NCBI RefSeq assembly: GCF_006345805.1
Contig: NC_043012.1
Coordinates: 41,850,001-41,914,000, forward strand
DNA length: 64,000 bases
Direction of reading: 5' to 3'
Source of the DNA: Octopus sinensis
Taxonomy: Eukaryota
A program made the position numbers and the translations under genes. Within the stretch, counting starts at the first letter, position 1, and every line of letters begins with the position of its first letter. The notes under the pieces are model-generated. The model had not been told where the DNA came from, did not search any database, and saw nothing but the letters and a program-made list of their open reading frames with translations. Shown here in pieces: positions 1 to 12,950 of this stretch.

Positions 1-647
1 AGATGACAGACGCGATGTACGTGTTCGCCACCTCCGCCCGTCCTTTTAGGGACAGTTTCCTCTCGGCCCATTGCCATGCGAGAGTGACCACCCTACTCGT
101 TATCTCGTTCCAGTTCTTCTCCACTTGGAGGTCCGGACCAAACCAGACCCCGAGCAACTCAACCGGGCCGTCGGTCCAGCGTCCCACGACGGAGGCGCTG
201 GTGGACGGCATGGGCTTGCTTCTCCAGGTGCCTAGTCGCAAGCCCACTGACTTTTCCCGGTTGATTTTCGCTCCTGTCACCGCTTCGTAGTTTTTCAGTG
301 TCTCGCCGACCTGCTCGATGTGCTCGTGGCTAGACACTATGACGGTGACGTCGTCCGCGTATGCAGACACGCTCGTCCCGCATCCCAGTTCTCGTGGGAT
401 GCCCCTCAAAGTTGCCAGCTTCCGCAATAATGGCTCGAGAGTCAATACGTATAGAAGCGACGAGAGGGGGCATCCCTGACGGACCGAACGTGCGATGTCG
501 AAGGGTCTCGATAGATGTCCATTCACGCGAATTACCGAACGGATGCCTCTGTACAAAGCGGCTATCCAGCCGCGGAAGACGGGACCGGAGCCAGCCGCTC
601 TGAGGACCGCCTCCAAGTAACGATGGTCCACCCTATCGAAAGCTTTC
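1..647 (-). mobile_element. L1/Tx1-clade LINE, 5'-truncated RT region (continues beyond window start)
   Basis: Minus-strand translation gives SKAFDRVDH...VRQGCP(frameshift)SSLLYVLTLEPLL...SAYADDVTV...GAKINREKS...LLGVWFG...LSLKGRAEVAN. The 5' junction is in a (GATA)n tract. Confidence 0.9.
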
Positions 648-682
648 GATAGATAGATAGATAGATAGATAGATAGAGAGAT

Positions 683-750
<68 letters not shown>

Positions 751-878
751 TGACAGATAAACAGATAAACAGACAGATAGATATGTAGATAGATAGGCAG
801 ATAGATAGTTAGATAGATAGGCAGATAGATAGATAGATAGATATGTAGGCAGATAGATAGATAGGTAGATAGATATAC

Positions 879-909
<31 letters not shown>

Positions 910-924
910 TATATAGATAGATAG
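648..924. repeat. (GATA)n/(GACA)n microsatellite between two Tx1-like copies
   Basis: Direct reading of the sequence. Confidence 0.95.
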
Positions 925-2182
925 ATATGTTTCTTTATTAGCCACACAGGGCTGCACACAGATAGAACAAATTACAAGGTAGAGCTTTTCTTTTGAAGGT
1001 TTAAAAAAAAAAAGGAAGGGGGAGTTTCGATCAAAAGGGATCGTAAAAGGAGAGAAAGAGGACAAAAAAAGGGGGGTTAAAAAAAAGGGGGAGAGGAAAA
1101 AAAAATTGATCAATAGGGATCGTTATCACAGAAATGTCAATATGAAGTGTAAAGGGGAGGACAGGTGAGGTTTACCCGTGGAAAGAAAAGCCTACGGAAA
1201 AGACCACGGTAACCTCGGTCAATGGAGTCACATGTTATATTTCTTTTTTTTTTTTTTTTGCGAATAAGCAACTCTCTGTTTTCAATTTCTGGGTTCATAG
1301 GATCATGCTCAAGGTGGCTTCGTCATTCATACGTGCCATTCTTGCTACATTCACCCATCTTTTTTTAAAACATTCGCTAGACAAAACTTGCCTCTCTACT
1401 CTCACTTTCCTTTTCAAGTGGTACTTGAAGAAGTTGATGAGAGATTGACCAGAGAGGAAAGTGTTTGTCTCCAATCCTTTCAGACGCGTCCACCAGATAC
1501 ATTCTTTCGCCATAGCCACAAGGATGATGAAAATAGCTCTTCCTTCCCGTTTGAAGGAAGGAGGCGTGACAATATTGACGATAGACTCAGCTGATAAACC
1601 GACTCGTCCCACACGTGACAGCAGTTGTTCGACATAAGCCCACAGGTCGGAAATTGTTGGACACTGCACGATTGCGTGCAGAACGGTTTCGTCGCTCTGA
1701 CCGCATTTCGGGTAGGTCGGCCCCGTGTTTCTCGAGCCGTGTCTGTAGAGCTTATCCCGAACGGGTAGCGCTTCTCGGTAGCACTGCCAGGCCAGGGATC
1801 TCTGGAAGTTGTCCATGGGCCCTGGCCCGAAAGTCGTCCTGAACGGGCGGGTCAGGTACTCCTCGTCGACGTCCAGGTTCGCCCCGAGCTCGTCGTCGTA
1901 CCTCCCCTCCACTAAACCCCTATAGAATGCTTTGGTTGTGTTGAAGTCACTCAAGGTCGACCCAGGACGGCAGAGTTGCTTGAGAGCAACGCGACACTCG
2001 CGGTGCCATTCGCCCTTCCTCGGCCTCTTTTTGATCCACGACTGTAGTTCGGTCATGGAGACGAGCTGCGGGAAAGCGTGCTTCACAAACGGCGACCACA
2101 CCTGTTCACCGTCGTCTACATAGAGCCAGAGATGTCGCAGTCTCAGCGCGTGTCTGCGCATCATCAACCACGGCATGCCCAA
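925..2182 (-). mobile_element. L1/Tx1-clade LINE 3' fragment (ORF2 C-terminus plus 3' UTR)
   Basis: ORF 1295-2182 contains WQCYREALPVRDKL...CGQSDETVLHAIVQCP, a zf-RVT-like C-terminus. The pyrimidine-rich UTR ends AATAAAGAAACATA and runs into (TCTA)n. The 5' end abuts (GATA)n at 2183-2256. Confidence 0.85.
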
Positions 2183-2526
2183 GATAGATAGATAGAGAGA
2201 GAGATAGACAGATAGGCAGATAGAGAGGTAGATAGATAGGTAGCTAGCTAGCTAGCTAGATAGAATGATTGGAAATAAGACAGATACAGATAGATGGATA
2301 TAATAATATGTATAATAATATGTATGAATGTGTGCATGCGCGAGTGTGTGTGTTTGTGCGTGCATAAAACGAGGGAAGACTGTTATATATATATCTAGCA
2401 GAAAAATGCAGGGGGAAGTGAGAGAAAAAGGGATAGAAGAAAGACAAAAGGAAAGGAAAGAAAGGAAGAAGAAAAGTAAGTGAAAAGGAAAGAGAGGGGA
2501 GAGAGAGACTGTGAGTGAGAGAGAGA

Positions 2527-2559
<33 letters not shown>

Positions 2560-2943
2560 CATTTAAAAAGATTGAGCTAATAAAAACCTTTATCTAACTG
2601 TGATTTCGATAAATCGTGTTTATGTGTTTACCAAGATTAAGAAACGCCCAAAGATGATGTTAAAATAAGTCTTTGAGTTGAAATTCCTGTTGGCCAGCTC
2701 ACACTAAATATTTCGACGACCCAAAAGAACGCCTGACTGGGGTGGCACCGGTTTGGAGAGGAAAAATTAAACAAAAACTGCGCGTGTGTGTGTGCGCGCA
2801 CGTGTGAGTGTGTTTGTATGCGTGTGTGTGATGTGTGTTGTACATATATACGTGTGTGCGTGTATATGTATATATATGTATATATATACATGTATACGTG
2901 TATATAGAGAGTAGGAAGAGCCACATATGTAATACATACATAT

Positions 2944-3002
<59 letters not shown>

Positions 3003-3052
3003 CGTATATAAACATGTACATAAACGCGCATTCGCACATCTACAGACACAGG

Positions 3053-3104
<52 letters not shown>

Positions 3105-3116
3105 CATCAACATTAT

Positions 3117-3740
3117 ACACACACACATACATAAGTGTTGACTGTTTTTTAGTTTGTTTTGTCTTTCTTTTTTCGTTTTTTTTTTGTATAAAACTTGAAG
3201 GGTAAACCATTTCATTGATCCCAGAGGAATTGGATGAAAAGAAATCGAAATTTTATTTGTTTTGTCTTTCTTTTTTCGTTTTTTTTTTGTATAATTTTGA
3301 TAGACTGGTGTTATAATTCAAAGGTGGTCCCTATATTGACCTTGCAGCCTGCTGTTAAACAAATGGATCGGAAACATGTTATATACGAAACAAGTTAAAT
3401 TAATTCTAACTCTCACACATACTCACATACAAACACACAAATACACACGCAGATATATATGGAAGGATGACAGGAAGACGGTCAGAACGGAATAAAAGCT
3501 CTAAAATTTATCTGTGTTTGTCCTAAATTCTGAGATCAAATTCCACCAGAATAAAATTTCGATTTCTTTTCATCAATTCCTCTGGGATCAATGAAATGGT
3601 TTACCCTTCAAGTTTTGCCTTCCAAACAATACAGTTTCATCTCATCTTCAAATGGGTGCACTTTGTTATAAACCACAATTACAATCATCATCATCATCAT
3701 CATTGGCAGCAGCGGTTTTATACCAGATCAGTCAACAGTT

Positions 3741-3811
<71 letters not shown>

Positions 3812-4339
3812 ACATACATAAGTGTTGACTGTTTTTTAGTTTGTTTTGTCTTTCTTTTTTCGTTTTTTTTTTGTATAAATTTGATAGACTGGTGTTATAA
3901 TTCAAAGGTGGTCCCTATATTGACCTTGCAGCCTGCTGTTAAACAAATGGATCGGAAACATGTTATATACGAAACAAGTTAAATTAATTCTAACTCTCAC
4001 ACATACTCACATACAAACACACAAATACACACGCAGATATATATGGAAGGATGACAGGAAGACGGTCAGAACGGAATAAAAGCTCTAAAATTTATCTGTG
4101 TTTGTCCTAAATTCTGAGATCAAATTCCACCAGAATAAAATTTCGATTTCTTTTCATCCAATTCCTCTGGGATCAATGAAATGGTTTACCCTTCAAGTTT
4201 TGCCTTCCAAACAATACAGTTTCATCTCATCTTCAAATGGGTGCACTTTGTTATAAACCACAATTACAATCATCATCATCATCATCATTGGCAGCAGCGG
4301 TTTTATACCAGATCAGTCAACAGTTGCACACACACACAC

Positions 4340-4412
<73 letters not shown>
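3117..4412. repeat. ~585 bp tandem duplication with a short inverted templated segment
   Basis: About 3260-3810 is repeated at about 3840-4412. 3191-3258 is the reverse complement of about 3550-3613. Confidence 0.85.
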
Positions 4413-4414
<2 letters not shown>

Positions 4415-4418
4415 TATT

Positions 4419-4953
4419 GAGTGAGATAGCATTGTGTGCCATTAAAGTGATATACGAAGCCCAGTATAACCATCATGGCTACCCGTCTGATAAAGGCACA
4501 CCAGGCACATGCATCACTACCATATGTGCTTGACATGGTGATCTGATATCAAGATTAACAGTGCATGACCTTGCAGGTAGGGCCCAGTTTCTTCAGGCCG
4601 AGTTGCCCATCCCGCTCAAAAGCTCCCTTAAAGAAGGTTACTTAAGAATGATGAACAAAACACCCGTTTCCAGAGGTGAATTATCCAAACCCCAAAGAAT
4701 TCCCCTCAACACATGGCTATGATGCACCTCCACAACTTCTGCTCGTGATCAGAGATGTACATATCGTCATCTACAAAGGGACATGCTCAACTAGTTACGG
4801 TCAAACAACTGACAAGCAAATATGTGGTATTGAGCAGAATATTTGCTGTAACCCATCTTTTTATACCAAGACAAAACAATGTACATGATAACACTTCCGA
4901 TCAGTTAAGATCAAATGCCGTGAGAGCCACTGCCTGGTACTGCATCATGGCAT
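4419..4953 (-). mobile_element. ~535 bp non-coding interspersed repeat ending in (TAA)n
   Basis: Homologous to 29917-30451 and 49455-49588, with ATT/TAA repeats at its ends. The strand is inferred from the truncation pattern. Confidence 0.8.
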
Positions 4954-4992
4954 CTATCATCATCATCATCATCATTATTATTATTATTATTA

Positions 4993-5048
<56 letters not shown>

Positions 5049-5083
5049 GTAGTAGTAGTAGTAGTAGTAGTAGTATGCACACA

Positions 5084-5453
5084 TCTCTATATATATAAAC
5101 GGTAAAATGTCTGTCTATGTGTGTGTGTATCCTTTATACAAATCCACAATTTTTCAGTTAGAGGGCTCGCACTTTCTATGGTCATTCAAAACCGTCCAAG
5201 GGTAGTCGTTCACATCTTTACATTTCCCCAGTCACCCCGCAAAGCCATTAAAAATCAATAGGAGTGACTTTTTGTGATTTTTCTATCCAAAACCCAATCA
5301 AAATGCTCGAAACTTGATATGCCAATTGAATGCCAGCTAGCTGTATGTGACTGGTCGGAGATTTGGACAGTACTCGCGTGTATGTGCGCACGCACGCAGC
5401 TGTATATGCATGCACTAGCACTATGATCCGGCAACGCCGGGTCATAGTGCTAG
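5084..5453 (+). mobile_element. Non-autonomous Helitron
   Basis: Starts A|TCTCTATATATATAAA and ends with a CCGG-CAACG-CCGG hairpin and CTAG|T. Confidence 0.8.
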
Positions 5454-5497
5454 TACATATATACAACTGTAGAGGCACAACTGTATATACATACATT

Positions 5498-5795
5498 TAA
5501 ACATATATACACAAGCCTATCTATAATATTCTGTTACTGGTTACAGTGAAGGGACCGCGGCCATGTTAGTCCATCAAGGCTCAGCATATCAATATCATTG
5601 CAGATATTTATTTTATCGATCTGCATTTATCGATTCAACCTTGCTACTCATCAAGTGGTCGTTCAAAATTAACTTTATATAAAAAAAATAGAAAAAGAAA
5701 CCATTTACATGTATATACACATACGGCATACATACATACGTCATACATACATACATACATACATACATACATACATACATACATACATACATACA

Positions 5796-5829
<34 letters not shown>

Positions 5830-6083
5830 CATACATACATATACCTGTGTCTACCTTTACGTTTAATCATGTCGACCCAGATGTCGACTTACGAATGTCT
5901 AAAGCATATTGTTCTGAATCGATAAATGCAGATCGATAAAATAAATATCTGCAATGATATTGATATGCTGAGCCATCAACTTCAAGTGTCTAAAACCCTT
6001 GAAATTGATGGACTAACATGGGCGCGGTCCCTTCATTGAAGCCAGTAGCAGAATATTATAGATAGGCTTGTGTATACATATGT
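5498..6083. mobile_element. MITE-like element with ~140-170 bp inverted arms around a (CATA)n core
   Basis: About 5498-5637 is the reverse complement of about 5915-6083, with a ~30 bp indel in the right arm. Confidence 0.7.
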
Positions 6084-6311
6084 ATGTACATCTATGGTTG
6101 TATATAATATATGTGCGTGCCTATTTACGGATTCTTTTTTTAATATGCTAGACCACTGGTTTTAATTGATAAATATTGATTTCTACCCTTAATTAATTAT
6201 ATATATATATATATATATAATGAAGGGTGAAATTAATTAATTTGGAATAATTATCAATTACACCAAGTAGTCTTCGGCGTGTGAAAGCCTCATTCGAGGA
6301 GAATTTAAGTA

Positions 6312-6895
6312 ATACTAAGCAATAAAGGGTTTAGCAACGAATTGCCTTACCACATACCGAATTTAGAAATAGCAGTCAAAGAGTTATAGCTATTTCTTCT
6401 ACTAAAAAGGGAGATCTCAGTAAAAACAGCAATTGGAAGGCAGACACAAACAGGTAAGAGAGAATGAATTGACGGCAATCTATCATACAATTTTAAGTTA
6501 TCTACGGACGTACGTTTCGAAATCAAGTTTTTAGGAAAGGATAAGAATTAAATATTAAATAATTCTATCTTACCAAAACTTCTTTTCTCTTCAGCGTAGA
6601 ATACTATAATCATAAATGATTATATATTGAATTTTGAGATAGAATTATTTAATATTTAATTCTTATCCTTTCCTAAAAACTTGATTTCGAAACGTACGTC
6701 CGTAGATAACTTAAAATTGTATGATAGATTGCCGTCAATTCATTCTCTCTTACCTGTTTGTGTCTGCCTTCCAATTGCTGTTTTTACTGAGATCTCCCTT
6801 TTTAGTAGAAGAAATAGCTATAACTCTTTGACTGCTATTTCTAAATTCGGTATGTGGTAAGGCAATTCGTTGCTAAACCCTTTATTGCTTAGTAT
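6312..6895. repeat. Foldback with 259 bp inverted arms and a 66 bp spacer, probably a PLE terminus
   Basis: 6312-6570 is the reverse complement of 6637-6895. It is flanked by (TA)n tracts. Confidence 0.9.
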
Positions 6896-7493
6896 ATATA
6901 TATATATATATATATAATTCATAAATGAGGGCAAAGGAAAACAATTCTAATGCCAAATATGCCGAAAAATTGGACTTATTGTCCATTAACCATATAATTT
7001 TTTCACAATACGCACGCTACTCGAAAAAAGGTCGACAGTAATTTCTAAAAAATTCCATTATTACCATATCGGACCATATGTGGCAAAAGAAATAAATGAG
7101 ATACTTACTCATACCCATGGAAGAAGCAAATACTAAGTCATGGGCACAACTAAGTACCCCAAATACATCCAAAATAGAAATACTCCGGTCCATTCGAGGC
7201 ACGTGCGATTTGAACTGAGGCTCTCACAGAGTGAGTTAGTTAGTTCGGAAGTGAACGCTTAAATTTATATCAAATGTGAGGATAAAATTCTTTTCGAAAA
7301 AAAAATATTTACTCGAAAAAGACCTTATCAATGGCCAGCATATTAAAAAATACTTTTAACGGTTAAATTTATAAACAATTCATAAATGAGGGCAAAGGAA
7401 AAAAAATTCTAATGGTTTTTTTCGAGAAAAATTTTTTTTTCGAAAAGAATTTTATCCTCACATTTGATATATATATATATATATTATATATAT

Positions 7494-7531
<38 letters not shown>

Positions 7532-7592
7532 ATCAAGGTGCTGTTCCAGCATAGCTGCATTCAGCTGAATAGAATAAAAGAATATATATATA

Positions 7593-8228
7593 CTAGCAGT
7601 ATCGCCCGGCGTTGCTCGGATTTGTAAGGGAAATAACTATATAAGCATTTTTAGAGAGTTATAGCCAAAAAATAGCAAAAAATGCATTAAAAATGGAAAA
7701 AATATGATGGTAAATTTTTTGAAAAATCGTTGACTCATCGTAGACATTTTTAGAGAGTTACTTCCCTTATATAATAGCGAAAAAATGCATTAAAATGGAA
7801 AAAAAACGATGGTAAATTTTTTTTAAATCGTAGACTCATGTAGACGCTTTCTTAGCCATTTCTGTTTTGGTGTCTTCAAGCCATGAAGTCGTTGTTCTAA
7901 AAGAACACTGGTCTCCTTGACAACGCATTACAACGTTGATTTCCTTACACTCCCTTCCCCACAGGTGCAGGTGTGAGCGTGGACGCCAACTCCGCCGCCA
8001 TCGACACACGAAAAATTATGCATTAAAATGGAATAAAAAATTATGTTAAATTATTTTTAAAATCGTAGACTCATCGTAGACGCGCGCTAATACTCAGACG
8101 GGCTCGATATGAATCACGACTATAAGCTACCCGAATTTGGTTAAACTGCACCGCAAAATGTGGGAGTAGTTAGGAATCTAAATCGAAGGGGACAGACACT
8201 CACACAACTACAGTTTTATATATATAGA
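7593..8228 (-). mobile_element. Non-autonomous Helitron (family A)
   Basis: On the minus strand it starts A|TCTATATATATAAAAC and ends with the hairpin CCG-AGCAACGC-CGG and CTAG|T. Confidence 0.85.
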
Positions 8229-8249
8229 TATACATAGCGCAGTAGTGGT

Positions 8250-8560
8250 GAGATGTGACAGCAAAGAAAAGCATACATTCACTCTCTGCATGCAATTAGA
8301 CTCGGAAAGTTCGTGAGGAACCCATTGACCCAATTTGCTGACTTTTCCGATAGCACACAGGTCTCAATGAATGGTTGAATGACCAAATCCAAGCTTCTCT
8401 GCTAGTTCCTCAACAGTTACGATGAGATTTTGTTCCACCAGGGTTTTCAGGATGTCCTTGTCGAGTTCTACAGATCTTTCAGGATGAGGCTCGTCTTCTA
8501 GGCTGTTCCAATATAGCTTTGAAAAAAATAGCTGTTAAAATCGAAATGCACTCTTCAAAA
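8250..8560 (-). mobile_element. mariner transposase relic
   Basis: Translation SLEDEPHPERSVELDKDILKTLVEQN...TVEELAEKLGFGHSTIH*DL...KLGQWVPHELSE contains the HTH and the WVPHEL motif. Confidence 0.85.
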
Positions 8561-8693
8561 CTTGCACTATGAATAAGGACAAGATAAAATTACTACCTGC
8601 TTTTATAGCAAGTTAATATAAGTAGTTTATCCCATTCCCCTCTGACTTTTAGTTCAAGCTGTTGAAAAAACCGCATTATTATATATATATACA

Positions 8694-8725
<32 letters not shown>

Positions 8726-9041
8726 CACACACACTCTCTCTCTCTCACACATGCACACATTTATATTCTGTTATTCTTTTATATGTTTCAGCCTTGAGGT
8801 TGTGGCCATGCTGGATCATGTGTGTGTGTGTGTGTGTGTCTATCTGTCTGTCTGTATGTATATATGTATATGTATGTGTGTGAACAATAATATTTTCAAC
8901 AGATGTGTTGCAAATGTATCTGATTGTTCTCAAGCTTCAATACTGTGTGTGTGTGTATGTGTGTGTGTGTGTATGTATGTATGTATATGTATGTATGTAT
9001 GTATGTGTGTATGTATGTATGTGTGTGTGTGTATGTATGTA

Positions 9042-9072
<31 letters not shown>

Positions 9073-9414
9073 ATGAGTGTTCCTCAAATCACTATCTCTG
9101 GCTATTTACTCTCTTCCAAGAACATTTTCACTCACACTTATGTGTTAGCTTCCCATACATTTTACTCATGTATCTATCAGCGTGATAGAGAGAAACAAAT
9201 ATTACATCTAGTTTCATTTTATTCGTTGCCCACTGTGTGTGTGCGTTTGCGTGTGCTGTAAACCAGACTAAGAAAAGCATTTGACACACACACCAGAATG
9301 TGAGTTTTCTGTAAATTTTGCTTAACTGGAGTTTAAATTTTAAAAACTGGACCTGGCATGACGCGATGCATTGTACTCTTAAAAATGCAAGGTAAATTGT
9401 AATTGAAGAAATCC

Positions 9415-9455
<41 letters not shown>

Positions 9456-10079
9456 GGGGGTGACCGAAAGTCACTCGACAGTAAATCAAAATTGCGTAAG
9501 TACTCTCTGTATTTCTGTATTGATTCGCATAGAAGGACTTCAGTTTGAACAATTTTCATGATGTTTCATATTTAGATACTTTTAATAAATTCATTCATTT
9601 GTTAAACCTAAATAAATTTTGGAATTAAATGGATAGATTCAAAAGTAAGATGGAGTACGATTCGACAGCTTTTTAATGACCTCTACACACCTGTTTCGAT
9701 ACAACATAGATCCACATACATACAGGATTTAAATTTAAATTAAGTAACGGTTTACCTGTATAATAGGACCTAATTTTATCTCCTCAGGTGATATAAAATC
9801 GCTGTCTTTTTTAGTTTTCACACGCGAAGAATGCCTGAGCCTATAATTGGTTGTATACCATAATACTGCGGGGTATCTGGTAATTCTAAGGGCGAACGAG
9901 CTCTACTTTGTACTCTAATACGTTCTTAACGGAATATATATATATTTATATATACATGTATTTGTGTGTGTGTGTGTACATATGCGTGAGTCGACATCGT
10001 TGTCTTTGTTTAGTAATCATTTCTGGCAGGGGCAGATGTGGGTTACAAGACTTGCTTTTGATCTGCAATAGTGATGGCA

Positions 10080-10780
10080 TCCGCTGCAGGTGAATCTACT
10101 TGAGGCAACAGAGGAGTTACTCTTCTCATGTCCGCTTTCCTATTCTCTTTGCTGTTTCTCCTCAATAACTGGAATTATTAGCTTCAGCGTTCAATGCCAT
10201 TCTTCGCATCACAAGGCCTTCTCATCGTAGCTGTCTAAGGAGATGCTAGAGTTCTTCATATGTCCCTTCAGCACATCCTTGTATCAAAACCATTGGCCAT
10301 CATGGCTCCCCCTACTTAAAGAAACTACTTTTGGGAGCCTCCCGCATTCCATCCTGAAAACTTGTCCCTCCCACCGCAGCTGCGATGAGGTGATGGGGAT
10401 CTGCACACTAACTGCATCATCGCGGCGCATGACCTCTACACCACGATTGCAATCCTGCAAGACGGAGTTCAGATGATGATGTTGGACTCGCGTCAGGAGT
10501 CCTTGACGTTGTGTAGAGAAGGCAAAGGAGCACTGCAACACCTTTACACCTTTACCTTCGTGTTGCGTGCAATGTCATGGCAGCTCCATAGACGCTTGTC
10601 AAGAGGGCTAAAATCCTTTTAAGCAGATTGTATTCGCTCCTCAACTTTGAGATCTGAAGGGTTAGTACAAGTTACTGCGCTCCTGAGATTGTTAAAGGCT
10701 TCAGTGTACTTTAGGGTCTTCCCGTGTACTGTCACTTGGAGGGAGTTGGAAGAGCAGCCCGGTCTTCGAAGGGTTCGTCA
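10080..10780 (-). mobile_element. RTE-clade LINE 3' relic
   Basis: SQLRWEGQVFRMECGRLPKVV...YKDVLK resembles the RTE C-terminal QLRWAGHV.RM...RLPK motif. Confidence 0.7.
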
Positions 10781-10807
10781 TGTGTGTATTCATATGCTAA
10801 TATATAT

Positions 10808-11180
10808 TCTTGTACTTGTTTCAGTCATTTGACTGCGGTCATGCTGGAGCACCATCCTGAATATTTTAGTCGAAAGAATTGGCCCCAGTACTTATTTTTT
10901 AAGCCTACTACTTATTTTGTCGGCCTCTTTTGCCGAAACGCTGGATATACAGGGACGTAAACACACCAACACCAGTTTTCAAGCGGTGAGGTGGGTACAA
11001 ACACACACACACACATATACGACGGGCTTCTTTTAGTTTCCGTCTACCAAATCCACTCACAAGGTTTTGGTCGGTCCGAGGCTATTGTAGAAGACACTTG
11101 CCCAAGGTGCTGCGCAGTGAGATTGAACCCGGAACCATGTGGCTGGAAGCAAGATCCTTTCCACATAGCCAAGCCACCCC
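10808..11180 (-). mobile_element. tRNA-derived SINE (family A)
   Basis: Homologous to 36120-36512 and 48306-48694. Confidence 0.85.
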
Positions 11181-11220
11181 TCTATTTGTATATATAAGTG
11201 TATCTTTGCATGTATGTAGG

Positions 11221-11266
<46 letters not shown>

Positions 11267-11324
11267 ATTGGTGAATTGAAGAAATGGAGCTGAACGCAGA
11301 TTGAACAGAAATCGTTTTATTTCA

Positions 11325-11404
11325 TTCTACACGTGTTTCGAAAGGCACAAATTACCAAAATCCGATTGAATAATGGGACCATATTGTGTCTTTCTCTTCA
11401 GGAA
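11325..11404 (-). ncRNA. Type I hammerhead ribozyme in a PLE terminus (element about 11262-11640)
   Basis: TTC-CTGAAGA-GAAAGACACAA...TTGTGCCTTTC-GAAAC-ACGT-GTA-GAA: canonical core, palindromic stem III, GUA cleavage triplet. Confidence 0.8.
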
Positions 11405-12479
11405 GAAAAAAGGAAATCCGTTGGAAAAACAAAAACAGAACAGAGGCAGAGCAAAAAACAAATCGAACTGTGCTCCTAAGAGCCCATGTCGAAACTGTTT
11501 ATCAGTGTATGTTGAGAACCGGTGGCTGAAGAATTCAACAGGTCAGGCATCGGTCAATCAGTGATTTTTGCTACTAAGGTATCGGTTAAACTTTTGATTA
11601 ATCTACTACAAGATTATTCATCTTTCTATTTCACATAATATATATATATATATATATATACTTATTTAAGTTTTTATGTGTATATGTTTGTGTTATGCAT
11701 ATACATATGTGTATGTACGTACGTTTGTTTGTGTGTATGAGTGTGTACGTTAGTGTGTTCTCGATTATTGAAAGGGACAAAGAAATACAACTTGGATTCA
11801 ACTTATGTACTGGAACAGATCACGTGATGTGTTCATGGTGTTATACTGTAAACAGTTCGACGTCATTTAAACCCCCACCAAGACACGCGCGCGCGCAGAT
11901 ACACATTTACACAAGCACACTTAAAGGCGTGTATTTTGACATCATCGGCCCTTTTCTTTGTGTGTGAGGGCGAATCAACAAAACGTAAGAAATGGGGTCG
12001 TTTCATAACGGTTCTGATATAATGTTTAAATTACACAGAACCACGCACACCCAAGGCAGCCTCACGCTGACGCACTGCCACCCACTTACACACACACATA
12101 CACGCACGCGTGTTCGATCCGATGAATATTTGATCTGAAATTGTTGCTTCGGAATATATGTATGATGCACGTGTGTGAGTGTGTATGTATTTGTATGTTT
12201 GAGTGTATATGGGTTTGTGTGTGTGTGAGAGAGGCAATCGTTCAGGTTCAAATGATATTGCTACTCTGCGAAAAGAAAAAAAAAGAACGACAAAAAAAAA
12301 AGAAAACTACGATAAAAAACTTAAGAAATCGTTCGAGGGAACGGGAACCAACGATTCCCTTTCGTTTAATGTCCCTTTCTTTTAATGAAGAATATCATCG
12401 ATGTTGAGAGTTTACATCTAAAATACTATGCGCAGTAGGTTAATTGGCATTAGACTGTTCTCTAATCTAGAGAGCAATG

Positions 12480-12950
12480 CGTCGTTCACTTTGACAACAG
12501 AAACTTGTCGAGGAGCATGGAACTTTTGAATATCTCTGATCTTCAGTTCACAAGAAATGGTTACAAAATGTCTATGTCTCGACAAGTTTCTTTTACCGAA
12601 CTGGAAGACGTGCTCCTCGGTGGATTAGTCTTCTCATATTTGAACCGCAGCACGAATGTGAGGGTTTGGGAAACCATCCTATATCACATTCGCTGCCACA
12701 CTATGGTGAAGAAAATAAAGCTGAGGTGATATGGTCAGATAACATTATCCAATAGCCCTGCAGAAACCATTTTTCAAAGGACTCTTGACGGGGAAAGACG
12801 CTGCGGTCAGCGGAAAAGTTGGACAGATAATGTCAAAAAGTGGATTGGTGAATTGTTAGAGGGGAACTGAACCCTGGCACACAACAAATAGAGGAAACTG
12901 GGGATGACAACATATTACTCCATCGGAAGTTAAGGACCCATTATAATATA
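12480..12950 (+). mobile_element. RTE-clade LINE 3' relic
   Basis: TMVKKIKLR*YGQI...ETIFQRTLDGERRCGQRKSWTDNVKKWIG matches the RTE ORF C-terminal pattern. Confidence 0.7.

Noticed and set aside
7017-7202. Minus-strand ORF containing SISILDVFG, resembling myosin switch II
   Set aside because: No FE follows, there is no other myosin similarity or splice context, and it lies inside a TA-flanked repeat.
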